Shown here: positions 20,355-29,017 of the stretch, one piece after another
Numbering within the stretch: the stretch's first letter is position 1
Layout: every line of letters begins with the position of its first letter
IMG/VR virus record: IMGVR_UViG_3300022602_000025
Source: a virus
Taxonomy: Duplodnaviria; Caudoviricetes
Strand: one strand, 5' to 3'
DNA: 64,000 nucleotides
Translations under genes and position numbers: made by a program
Notes under the pieces: generated by a model
Databases searched by the model: none
What the model saw: only the letters and a program-made list of their open reading frames with translations
Told to the model about the DNA's origin: nothing

Positions 20355-20639
20355 ATGGGCAGTCTTAAACCAGGTGCAACATACATTTATGAACGTCAAG
20401 GCGGGACAATATATGCTCGCGAATTTGGCGCACCTCATGAAGAGAGATTCGCTATAGGTTGGGATTGGGAACCAGAAAACAATCCAGCAAGAGTTAGAGG
20501 AGCGAGCGTGGACGATATTAGAGAATCACACCTTTGGCACGAAATTAAAAAAGCATCACTAACCAATCCTGCTTTACATGAAGCAATTGAACGTGTTAAA
20601 ATATTATATTACTTGAGCCAAGAAAAAGATGCCACTTGA
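20355..20639 (+). CDS. Hypothetical protein
   Basis: 94 aa in operon. Confidence 0.6.
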   Translation: MGSLKPGATYIYERQGGTIYAREFGAPHEERFAIGWDWEPENNPARVRGASVDDIRESHLWHEIKKASLTNPALHEAIERVKILYYLSQEKDAT

Positions 20640-21084
20640 TATTAAACGTGAACTAGCAGGTGTAGATCTTAGAAATTACGATTTCTATGATAAGTTACCT
20701 CCAGAAGAGCAAAAAGAATTCTCACCATATGTGTTGATGCGATACGTATCAAATGTTGATGGCGATAGAGATGCTCAGGAATATTTTATTGAAATGACTA
20801 ATGAGCTAGTCAATAAAAATCACTGGGTGTTGAGTAAAAATCATAAGGCATTGTTGTGGAAACTGTTTGCAGGATGTGGTGCAGGTGTTAAGATGTATCA
20901 CCCATATCTTAAAGCAAATTCAAAAGAAAAAGCAAACAAGATTGAAAAGTTGCTTGTAGAATTGTACCCAGCGGCCAAACTATCAGACATCAAATTACGA
21001 GCTAAGATGATGACTAAAGCAGACAAAGAAGAACTGTTTGATAAGATGGGTTTTGATAAGAAACAACGAAAAGAATACGAATGA
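20629..21084 (+). CDS. Clamp loader small subunit (T4 gp62-like)
   Basis: FSPYVLMRYVS, N.LVN..HW.L...HK.L.WKL pattern; replication context. Confidence 0.55.
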   Translation: MPLDIKRELAGVDLRNYDFYDKLPPEEQKEFSPYVLMRYVSNVDGDRDAQEYFIEMTNELVNKNHWVLSKNHKALLWKLFAGCGAGVKMYHPYLKANSKEKANKIEKLLVELYPAAKLSDIKLRAKMMTKADKEELFDKMGFDKKQRKEYE

Positions 21085-21776
21085 TGCAATTAGCAGACCA
21101 ACCGTTTAGCTGTACACATTGTGGCAAGGCTTTCATGAAAGAAAAGACCTTGTTTGCCCACATGTGTGAGCCAAAGCGCCGTGCTATGCAACAAAGTGAA
21201 AAGCGTGTACAAGCAGGCTTCATGGCATTCAATCGTTGGTTTAGACTCGCACAAGGCAGTAAGAAAGATAAGACATACGAAGATTTTTGTAAGTCAGCAT
21301 ACTACAATGCCTTTGTAAAATTTGGCAGTTTCGTTAATAACGTAATGCCATTGTATCCAGAAAAGTTTGTAGACTTTGTGATCAAAAGCGGAGTTAAACT
21401 AGACCATTGGTGTCGTGACGAACTGTACGAAACATATCTGTATGAGATGTTAAAAGTTGAACCAGTTGAAGCTGCCGTACAACGTACTATCACAACAATG
21501 ATGGAGTGGAGTGATTCTAGCGGAGCCCAGTGGTATCATTATTTTAACTATGCAAACTTTAATCGTGTAGTGCATGATATTCGCAACGGTAAGATCAGTG
21601 CGTGGGTGATTTTAAACTGTGCCACTGGCAAAAGTATGTTAGAAAATTTCAATGACGAACAACTTGAACTTATCCAGCCAGCACTTGATATTGCCTATTG
21701 GGTCAAACACTTTAAATCAAATCCAGCTGATGTTGCCTTGGTTAAGGAAATATGCAAGGAGAGCGGAATTGACTAA
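21081..21776 (+). CDS. Hypothetical protein with N-terminal zinc finger
   Basis: F.CTHCGKAF.KE.TL.AHMC (C2H2/C2HC-like). Confidence 0.65.
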   Translation: MMQLADQPFSCTHCGKAFMKEKTLFAHMCEPKRRAMQQSEKRVQAGFMAFNRWFRLAQGSKKDKTYEDFCKSAYYNAFVKFGSFVNNVMPLYPEKFVDFVIKSGVKLDHWCRDELYETYLYEMLKVEPVEAAVQRTITTMMEWSDSSGAQWYHYFNYANFNRVVHDIRNGKISAWVILNCATGKSMLENFNDEQLELIQPALDIAYWVKHFKSNPADVALVKEICKESGID

Positions 21777-22131
21777 ACCATTAGCTACTTCTCAAGAGTT
21801 GCAAGACTTTTGCCAAACATTTGAAGCTCATGCAGAAAAAAGTCCACGAGTATTTAGACGTGCAGTTAAACACGAATACAATTGGTATTGTGATCCGGAC
21901 GCTCTATCAACCGATGATTTTGGTTCTTATCAGATGAAGATAGAAAATATTGAAGCATTAGCAATACATATTCCTTATCATAGACTTGATGATTTTTATC
22001 AGGTAGTAAGTGATAAAAGAAAATATAAAGAGATGGAAATTAGGAATAGAGTGCCTGCCGTTAAGCTAGCATACGAACGTTATCAGATGTTGTTAAAGAT
22101 GTGTGGCGGAGATTACGATGCCGGATATTGA
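21769..22131 (+). CDS. Hypothetical protein
   Basis: AAGGAG followed by TTG at 21769, in frame with ORF 21652..22131. Confidence 0.6.
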   Translation: MTKPLATSQELQDFCQTFEAHAEKSPRVFRRAVKHEYNWYCDPDALSTDDFGSYQMKIENIEALAIHIPYHRLDDFYQVVSDKRKYKEMEIRNRVPAVKLAYERYQMLLKMCGGDYDAGY

Positions 22132-22684
22132 TATCGACTTTGCTGACAGAACTAAAGTGCTCGATGTTATTGAGCATATTCCTGCACGTATAGACACTCA
22201 CAAAAAACATAACACAGGTGTATTTTGTCAAAAGATACCTGTTGATCCGATGACAGGGTTAGCTAGTATAAACTACAAAGAAGCAGAAGAAAGAGGCTAT
22301 TTTAAAATAGACTTTTTAAATGTCAGTATCTATGAAAAAGTTAAAGATGAAGAACATCTCATCAATTTAATGAATAAGGAGCCACTATGGGATCTAATGG
22401 AACAGGACGACTTCACGAATCTTCTCTTTCACGTGAATGGGCACGGGCACGTATTGAGGCTGATGAAACCGAGAAGTATAGAACAGCTCGCGGCTTGTCT
22501 GGCAATCATACGCCCCGCAAAGAAACATCTCTTAGGGAAATCGTGGAAGGAAGTTATGCAAGACGTGTGGACGAAACCAACGACTGACGAGTACTACTTT
22601 AAGAAGGCTCACGCAATGGCGTATGCTATAGCGGTAGTAGTACAGATGAATTTAATTTGCGAAGAACTTAACGAACACGTCTAG
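22118..22684 (+). CDS. Miniature DnaE (DNA polymerase III alpha)-like protein
   Basis: PDIDIDF, KHNTGV, GYFKIDFL, KPRSIEQLAACLAIIRP, YYFKKAHAMAY, collinear with DnaE palm/fingers motifs; ~188 aa. Confidence 0.8.
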   Translation: MPDIDIDFADRTKVLDVIEHIPARIDTHKKHNTGVFCQKIPVDPMTGLASINYKEAEERGYFKIDFLNVSIYEKVKDEEHLINLMNKEPLWDLMEQDDFTNLLFHVNGHGHVLRLMKPRSIEQLAACLAIIRPAKKHLLGKSWKEVMQDVWTKPTTDEYYFKKAHAMAYAIAVVVQMNLICEELNEHV

Positions 22685-23054
22685 GGTTTTTAACTAGCTG
22701 TATTGATTTACGTTTGATACGTTTTTCAGCTATGTCGCTAAGATTAACTGTAGGACCAAAGACTATTGTAACGTCTTTGCTGTTGAATGTTTTTATTGTA
22801 GGGCGGAATTGTAGCATGTCCGCTTTTAAGAATATGTTGATGGGTATTTTACGATTAGATTCCCACCACCAAACTTCGCCTAGTTCTAGAAATCGCTGTT
22901 TCTCTAGATCTGTACGAATAACCCCGAGATCATATATGCTGGTAACATTCATATCGTAATTTATAATGATACCGACGTATTCCTCATCACAGGATCTTAT
23001 ACAAGTAATAAATGGAAAATTTTGTTGAAATTGGTCAGTTTTTTGTGCTGTCAT
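22668..23054 (-). CDS. Hypothetical protein
   Basis: 128-aa ORF, convergent with mini-DnaE. Confidence 0.65.
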   Translation of the reverse strand: MTAQKTDQFQQNFPFITCIRSCDEEYVGIIINYDMNVTSIYDLGVIRTDLEKQRFLELGEVWWWESNRKIPINIFLKADMLQFRPTIKTFNSKDVTIVFGPTVNLSDIAEKRIKRKSIQLVKNPRRVR

Positions 23055-23073
23055 TATCTAATAAATACGTATT

Positions 23074-24174
23074 ATGAACAAGTTACCAGTCTATTTATAT
23101 CCCAATACTTTAACGGTACTGCTAGATTTGGACGAAAATAGGAGCACGAATAACGTTATGTATCAACGCAAACTAACCATCCAAAAAGGTTACAGAGATA
23201 GTATCCAAATCCAGTTTAAGAACTCGGATCAAAAGCCTTTACCTCTTTCTTCAACTACTTATGTATTTGATATGATAGACCCTGACGGAAGAGAATTAGT
23301 ATTAAGCAAACCGTTAGTAATGATAGACGATACTGTGGTCTATACATTAAATCAAGCTCAGACTGGAACTAATGGCACACTAACATTTGATAACACTACA
23401 GGTATTATTCCTGGACAGGCTGTAACAGGGTTTGGCCTACAAGCCAACACTATAGTAACCAATGTTCAAAGCGGTACAGTCAGCATCAGTGCACCTACTA
23501 TCTATCAATTAACAACTTCAACAACGATTACATTCAGTACTGTGGCTAAACGTGGTCTAGCTCTAGCACAGTTTGAACCAATTGAAACTATTAACCTATC
23601 ATCAGGTGACTACAAGTTCATAGTTAAACAAGACAACGGTGATGGTACATTTACTCCTGCGTATGCTAACACTTACTATGGCATCACAGGCGAAGTTAGT
23701 GTTGTAGATGACGGATTCCCAATTGGATTCCCAGTACAAACAATCGCACGTAATCAACTTACTACCAGCGGTAGCCAATTCAATAGAACATTTGGCACAC
23801 AAGGCTATAATTTCTATTCAGGTTGGTTCCGTCCAATATCACATTCTGTAACTACATCAACAGCGCAGAGCGTTTTAATTGCTCTAAGCAATTTTGCTGG
23901 AACAGTTACAGTTGAAGGTACATTAGATAACGTACCTAGCGGAATTGGTGCCGCTAATGCTCAAGCATTCACCATAACCAACTATGTTTCTACATTACCT
24001 ACACAAGGAAATGTCCAATTAAGTTGGAACACAGCAGCCGTAGCCATTCGTGTAGTGGTTGTACCTGCTAGTGATGCATTTGGTAATAATTATTATCCAA
24101 GTGGCAATCCGCCCGGAAGCAATATCAATCAATTCCCAAGCGGTTTCGTTGACTCTATCCAATATTTCAGTTAA
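23074..24174 (+). CDS. Putative virion structural protein (beta-rich, T/S/G-rich)
   Basis: TAAATA-N6-ATG; composition and KGxRDSIQIQFKNSDQK N-domain typical of baseplate/adaptor proteins. Confidence 0.45.
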   Translation: MNKLPVYLYPNTLTVLLDLDENRSTNNVMYQRKLTIQKGYRDSIQIQFKNSDQKPLPLSSTTYVFDMIDPDGRELVLSKPLVMIDDTVVYTLNQAQTGTNGTLTFDNTTGIIPGQAVTGFGLQANTIVTNVQSGTVSISAPTIYQLTTSTTITFSTVAKRGLALAQFEPIETINLSSGDYKFIVKQDNGDGTFTPAYANTYYGITGEVSVVDDGFPIGFPVQTIARNQLTTSGSQFNRTFGTQGYNFYSGWFRPISHSVTTSTAQSVLIALSNFAGTVTVEGTLDNVPSGIGAANAQAFTITNYVSTLPTQGNVQLSWNTAAVAIRVVVVPASDAFGNNYYPSGNPPGSNINQFPSGFVDSIQYFS

Positions 24175-24177
24175 AAT
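24149..24177 (+). promoter_or_regulatory. Sigma70 promoter placing +1 at the primase ATG
   Basis: TTGACT(24149)-17-TAAAAT(24172)-N6-ATG(24184). Confidence 0.7.
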
Positions 24178-24183
24178 AGCAGT

Positions 24184-25176
24184 ATGAATCTCATACTCGC
24201 AACTGTACAAGCAGCCTTGCCACCTAAACGTAAAATTACGCCTAGTGGCTGGACCAGCTTCAATGCGGTTTGCTGTACACACAATGGCGAAAGGCCAGAT
24301 AATCGTAAGAGAGGTGGATTTTTACTCAGTGGCGATGGCTTCCAATACCACTGTTTCAACTGTAACTTCAAAGCAGGGTGGACTCCTGGTAAAACACTAA
24401 GTAAAAACACTAAAAATCTCTTGAAGTGGTTAAACATATCAGACGAAGAAATCAACAAGTGTGTCATTGAAGCACTAAAAAGCAAAGATGAGATCCAAGC
24501 AACACCTGTGCCTAAGAATTTTGTCATTGAGCCAAGACAATTACCAGATAATGCTCTTCCAATAGAAGCATGGATGGACGCAGGTTGCGAAGAACCAGAA
24601 TTTTTAGAAGTGGTTGCGTACATTTTAGACAGAGGCATGGAACTTGATTGGTACAACTGGCACTGGACTCCAGAAGCAGGTTATCGTGATCGTGTGATAG
24701 TGCCATTTTACCTAGAAAAGAAGGTTGTAGGCTATACAGCACGAAAAATACGACCAGGCAATCCAAAATATTTGACTCACATTAGTCCAGGTTATGTTTT
24801 TAACATCGACGCACAGGACTGGGATAGAAAATATGTGATAGTGGTTGAAGGGCAGTTTGACGCTATCGCGGTAGATGGTGTTGCTATTGGTCATAATGAC
24901 CCAAATGAAGCCCAAATTTCCAGAATTAACGCATTGGGCAAGGAAGTCATAATCGTGCCTGACAACGACCGTCCTGGGGCTAAATTAATATCCGCGGCAC
25001 TTGAAAATAATTGGTCAGTGAGTTTACCTGACTGGGGCGACGATGTAAAAGACGTTGCAGATGCGGTTAAAAAATATGGCAGAATTTACACACTTTTCAC
25101 GATTTTACAGTATCGCGAACAAAATCAAATAAAAATACAATTACTAAAGAAGAAACTAGAACATGGCGCAGAATAA
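24184..25176 (+). CDS. DNA primase (Zn-binding plus TOPRIM)
   Basis: CCTHN...HCFNC zinc motif; VVEGQFDA and IIVPDNDRPG TOPRIM motifs; adjacent to helicase. Confidence 0.88.
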   Translation: MNLILATVQAALPPKRKITPSGWTSFNAVCCTHNGERPDNRKRGGFLLSGDGFQYHCFNCNFKAGWTPGKTLSKNTKNLLKWLNISDEEINKCVIEALKSKDEIQATPVPKNFVIEPRQLPDNALPIEAWMDAGCEEPEFLEVVAYILDRGMELDWYNWHWTPEAGYRDRVIVPFYLEKKVVGYTARKIRPGNPKYLTHISPGYVFNIDAQDWDRKYVIVVEGQFDAIAVDGVAIGHNDPNEAQISRINALGKEVIIVPDNDRPGAKLISAALENNWSVSLPDWGDDVKDVADAVKKYGRIYTLFTILQYREQNQIKIQLLKKKLEHGAE

Positions 25177-26605
25177 TAAAGACACAGTGGTTCCAAATTA
25201 CAGTTACGAGATACAAAAACTGTATCTTGAAATGTTTATGAGTGATGCAGTTACGTTTGTACGCTGTCAAAACATTTTTGATCCTGAAAATTTTGACAGA
25301 AAATTGCATGACACAGCCAAATTTATTACTGAGTATGTAAACGAATATAAAGTGATGCCAGAAGCATCAATCGTTAACGCTAGCTGTAACGTAGACCTTA
25401 ATCCAGTTGAATTACCCGAAGAAAATTACTCTTGGTTGATGAACGAATTTGAGCAATTTTCACGTCACAAAGGGCTTGAACGTGCGATTTTAAAATCAGC
25501 TGATCTGTTGGAAAAAGGCGACTACGGTCCTGTTGAAAAGATGATCAAAGACGCTGTACAAATCAGTCTGCAGAAGGATATGGGTACAGATTACTTTGAA
25601 GATCCTAGGGCACGTCTTGAAGCATTGAAGAACTCAAATGGTCAAATTTCAACAGGTTGGCCCACTGTCGACAAGAAATTGTATGGTGGATTTAATCGCG
25701 GCGAATTGAACATTTGGTGTGCGGCATCAGGTGGCGGTAAATCATTATTCTTAGCAAACTTAGGCTGTAACTGGGCACTAGCAGGATTAAATGTGCTTTA
25801 TCTAACCTTTGAGTTGAGTGAAAATCTAGTGGCTATGCGTATGGATAGTATGCTGACTAATATACCAACTCGTGAAGTTTTTAAGAACTTAGATGACGTT
25901 GAACTTAAGGTTAAAATGATGGGCAAGAGTGCAGGATCAGTACAGATCAAGTATATGCCATCAGGTAAAACTTGTAATGACCTGCGAGCTTATCTCAAAG
26001 AATATCAGGTCAAAAAAGGGCATAAACCAGACATTCTATTAATTGACTATTTGGACTTGATGATGCCAATGTCAGTCAAAGTTAGCCCAAGCGACCTGTT
26101 TGTCAAAGACAAATATGTGTCAGAAGAACTGCGTAACTTGGCCATGGAAACACAAGCTATCGTAGTAACAGCGAGTCAGTTAAATCGTGCGGCAGTTGAA
26201 GAAATTGAGTTTGATCACTCACACATTTCAGGTGGCTTATCCAAGATCCAAACAGCGGATAACGTGATTGGTATCTTTACATCAAGGGCTATGAAAGAGC
26301 GTGGACGCTATCAAATCCAGTTTATGAAAACTCGTAGTTCAAGCGGTGTGGGTCAAAAGGTAGACTTAGAATTTGACCTAGATAGCCTGCGTATCCGTGA
26401 CTTGGGTGAAGAAGATGAAGGCAGTTTTGCCAAACCTAAACAGAGCATCTATGATGGCCTAAAGAAAACTAGCACAGTAGTAGACACAGAAACTGGGGAG
26501 ATTAAAGATCCTACTCAGGGTATTGCTGTGAACAAGATCAAGAACGTAGCAGCAACTTCAAAAGTGCGAGAATTGCTGGCTAATTTAAATTCGGAAAAAG
26601 ACTAA
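25163..26605 (+). CDS. Replicative DnaB-family helicase (T4 gp41-like)
   Basis: ISTGWP.VD..LYGGF, AASGGGKS, LLIDYLD, TASQLNR, MKTRSS. Confidence 0.92.
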   Translation: MAQNNKDTVVPNYSYEIQKLYLEMFMSDAVTFVRCQNIFDPENFDRKLHDTAKFITEYVNEYKVMPEASIVNASCNVDLNPVELPEENYSWLMNEFEQFSRHKGLERAILKSADLLEKGDYGPVEKMIKDAVQISLQKDMGTDYFEDPRARLEALKNSNGQISTGWPTVDKKLYGGFNRGELNIWCAASGGGKSLFLANLGCNWALAGLNVLYLTFELSENLVAMRMDSMLTNIPTREVFKNLDDVELKVKMMGKSAGSVQIKYMPSGKTCNDLRAYLKEYQVKKGHKPDILLIDYLDLMMPMSVKVSPSDLFVKDKYVSEELRNLAMETQAIVVTASQLNRAAVEEIEFDHSHISGGLSKIQTADNVIGIFTSRAMKERGRYQIQFMKTRSSSGVGQKVDLEFDLDSLRIRDLGEEDEGSFAKPKQSIYDGLKKTSTVVDTETGEIKDPTQGIAVNKIKNVAATSKVRELLANLNSEKD

Positions 26606-27162
26606 AACAGTTCAGAGATACGGGTAGTAACACATTGGTCTATGGCAAAAGCCCACTGTGATTCGCCCGTTTCGTTTAAGCAGATGTCTGCACTAGCGGG
26701 TGCAGTCAACCATTGATGTTTAGGCGTCCAGGGTGCTTCTCCGCTCATTTCACCATCCAACTGCCCAGCTGACCAAACAGCTAGCCCTATACCAGCTCTC
26801 CACAGTCTAGGGCCTTCACCCCCTGCGATAGCGGCCAATATTGAACGATCACCTGTGATACCCAATTCGTCATTGATGCGTAGGGTACTGGTGCTGAACC
26901 AATCTAGCGTATGCACTACCTGTACCCTATTAGATTCTACAGGACCCCCAATGTACACAGGCTCATCTAGATCGCTGTCAATACCAGCAGCAGTCATGAT
27001 AGCGGCCATGTTGACCGTGATACTGCGTTTGTTAACTACAACACCCCAAGCACCCTGAGCTCCATGCTGGGCAACTAGTATGACACTTTTAGCAAAGTGC
27101 CCATCAGTATTTTGTGGCTGTGCTACCAGCACTTGACCCATTAAATTTTGTTTGTCCGTCAT
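26602..27162 (-). CDS. YqgE/AlgH (DUF179) family protein
   Basis: LVAQP....HF..SV..V.QHG..GA.G.VVNK, VY.GGPV, G.A.W..GQL..E..G...W; start moved to 27162 (TAAATA-N5-ATG). Confidence 0.85.
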   Translation of the reverse strand: MTDKQNLMGQVLVAQPQNTDGHFAKSVILVAQHGAQGAWGVVVNKRSITVNMAAIMTAAGIDSDLDEPVYIGGPVESNRVQVVHTLDWFSTSTLRINDELGITGDRSILAAIAGGEGPRLWRAGIGLAVWSAGQLDGEMSGEAPWTPKHQWLTAPASADICLNETGESQWAFAIDQCVTTRISELF

Positions 27163-27188
27163 AGCCATATTTAATCAATAAATACACC

Positions 27189-27884
27189 ATGACTAACCAT
27201 TTTGAAGTTCCGGCCCAACAGCATGATCAACTGAACCCTGCTATATGGGACGGCCAAGATCTAAAACCCCAAGTACAGCTGACTCTACTGCGTATAGCAC
27301 GTGAGTACTATCGTTTTCTAGATCTAGACATCAAAATAGACGACATAGTCATATCAGGAAGTCAAGCCAACTATAACTATTCACCGCACTCAGATCTAGA
27401 TCTGCATCTTATAGTAGACTACAGTCAAGTTGAGTGTGATTTGCCAGTAGACGAACTGTTCAAGACCAAACGTGATCTATGGCGTGAAGAGCATCAGATA
27501 CACATATACGGTATACCTGTAGAGCTGTACGCAGAAGATCGCGCTAAACCAGCTACCAGCAGTGTATACAGTATCATGGACAATCGTTGGATCAAACGGC
27601 CTGAAAAGATTGACAATCTTGATTTAGATATTGCTCACATAGAGTCTGTATGCACCGCTTGGATACGTGTGATCACACACAGTCTACGCACTCGTGATAT
27701 AGACGCTATTGAGCGAACCAAAAATCTACTATGGGCTTATCGTCGCCAGGGACTTCGAGTCCACGGTGAAATGGGTGAGCCAAATGTAGTTTTTAAAGCT
27801 CTTAGGAACGCAGGAGTAACAGATCAACTGTTAACAGCTCTACGCGGTCTTAAGGATCATAAACTTAGTTTAGAAGGACTATAA
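27189..27884 (+). CDS. Pol beta-superfamily nucleotidyltransferase
   Basis: GSQANYNY...SDLDLH (GS...DxD) plus PVELYAE third acidic residue; TAAATA-N4-ATG. Confidence 0.8.
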   Translation: MTNHFEVPAQQHDQLNPAIWDGQDLKPQVQLTLLRIAREYYRFLDLDIKIDDIVISGSQANYNYSPHSDLDLHLIVDYSQVECDLPVDELFKTKRDLWREEHQIHIYGIPVELYAEDRAKPATSSVYSIMDNRWIKRPEKIDNLDLDIAHIESVCTAWIRVITHSLRTRDIDAIERTKNLLWAYRRQGLRVHGEMGEPNVVFKALRNAGVTDQLLTALRGLKDHKLSLEGL

Positions 27885-27885
27885 A

Positions 27886-28059
27886 ATGAAAAAGTTATTA
27901 GCTATCCTCGTATTAGCAGCAGTCGCAGCAACACCAGCCGTAGCAGCAGAAAAAACCAAAGCTAAAGCCACAAAAGCACCAGCTGTAGAGCAAAAGAAAC
28001 ATCCGCACTACGAACACAAAAAGGCACCTGCTCCTACTACTGCAAAAAAGAAAAAGTAA
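27886..28059 (+). CDS. Small exported Lys/Ala-rich peptide (57 aa)
   Basis: Hand-translated MKKLLAILVLAAVAATPAVAA-EKTKAKATKAPAVEQKKHPHYEHKKAPAPTTAKKKK; AAGGA SD; Sec signal with AVA site. Confidence 0.7.
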   Translation: MKKLLAILVLAAVAATPAVAAEKTKAKATKAPAVEQKKHPHYEHKKAPAPTTAKKKK

Positions 28060-28085
28060 TAGAAACAGTCAACATAAGCAAAATT

Positions 28086-28110
28086 AGGTCTATATACTAG
28101 ACCTTTTTTT
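28086..28110 (+). terminator. Rho-independent terminator
   Basis: AGGTCTA-TATAC-TAGACCT plus T tract. Confidence 0.75.
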
Positions 28111-28361
28111 GTGGAGTCAAACAGGCAAAAACAGAACCGTTTAGGTTCAAAAATGCACCAAATTTGAGCCAGAATCAGGCCGAATCAAGCAAAAGAGAGC
28201 GCGAAGCGCCGAGCGAAGCGACAAGCGGTTAAAGAGATTTTTAGTGGCTATTATGTATACGGATAATGATTCCGGTCTATACGTAGCCCAAAAAACTGCT
28301 AGCGTAAAATTTTCAATGCACCAAATCTATTTTGACTGAAAGTCTACAGCTTATTGTAGCT

Positions 28362-28466
28362 TTACAGCGCAAGTGTCCAAATCCATCCTATACACAAGCC
28401 CGTGCCAAATGACCATATCGCAGCTAGCACAAGATAGCCAATGTATAGCCATTCTTCTTGACGCAT
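28362..28466 (-). CDS. Small membrane peptide (34 aa)
   Basis: Hand-translated MRQEEWLYIGYLVLAAIWSFGTGLCIGWIWTLAL. Confidence 0.4.
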   Translation of the reverse strand: MRQEEWLYIGYLVLAAIWSFGTGLCIGWIWTLAL

Positions 28467-28501
28467 GTGATAATTGCGCTGATATAATGCGTTAAAGTAC
28501 T

Positions 28502-28717
28502 TCAATCGTGTAGACCTCCAAGTTCGTAGTTAGTGGACTCTACCGGTGGACATGTGTCTGCAAAGCGTAGTGCAAACTCCGTATACGCTAGTGAGTGAGG
28601 ATCAATCCAAAAGCGAGTACGATTAGCGTGTATTTCACACGTAAGCCCGTAAGACTTAATAAAGCCAAATACATCGGCTAAGTGGGGATCACGATTTAAT
28701 ATGTAGTACTGCAGCAT
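28502..28717 (-). CDS. Hypothetical protein
   Basis: 71-aa ORF. Confidence 0.55.
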   Translation of the reverse strand: MLQYYILNRDPHLADVFGFIKSYGLTCEIHANRTRFWIDPHSLAYTEFALRFADTCPPVESTNYELGGLHD

Positions 28718-29017
28718 ATAGTGAGAAGGCTATTGCGCCAGTAGATACTGTATATAAGCTAGATATTCTTCTAGCGTGTAGTCAGGGTGGGGAATGGGAA
28801 CATACATAAGGCTTGTATTTACAGACCGGTCTATAGTGCGGGTAAAAATTTGGGCTACAGTAAAAAAAGGGAGTGGAGAACCTAACCCCTGGTGATTTTA
28901 ATCTAACTGGTGGTGTTTTTAAGGAATAATTTGCATGCCAACTTTTGCAAGCGCAAGCAAGCGGGCGGGAGCACCCCCTGGTGCCCCCATCTGACCACCA
29001 CCACCTCTATGGTCAAC

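Noticed and set aside
22118-22684. Mini-DnaE as a frameshifted pseudogene fragment
   Set aside because: Motifs spread over about 400 aa of DnaE are fused in one frame by internal deletions, and flanking ORFs show no DnaE motifs; this does not look like simple decay
8751-26605. Inteins or group I introns in terL, uvsX, uvsW, primase or helicase
   Set aside because: Protein lengths are typical and motifs are contiguous; no homing endonuclease motifs seen
28960-29012. G-quadruplex on the minus strand (GGTGGTGGTGG...GGGGG...GGGGG)
   Set aside because: The G5 runs are also explained by a GC hairpin after the last early gene; no independent support
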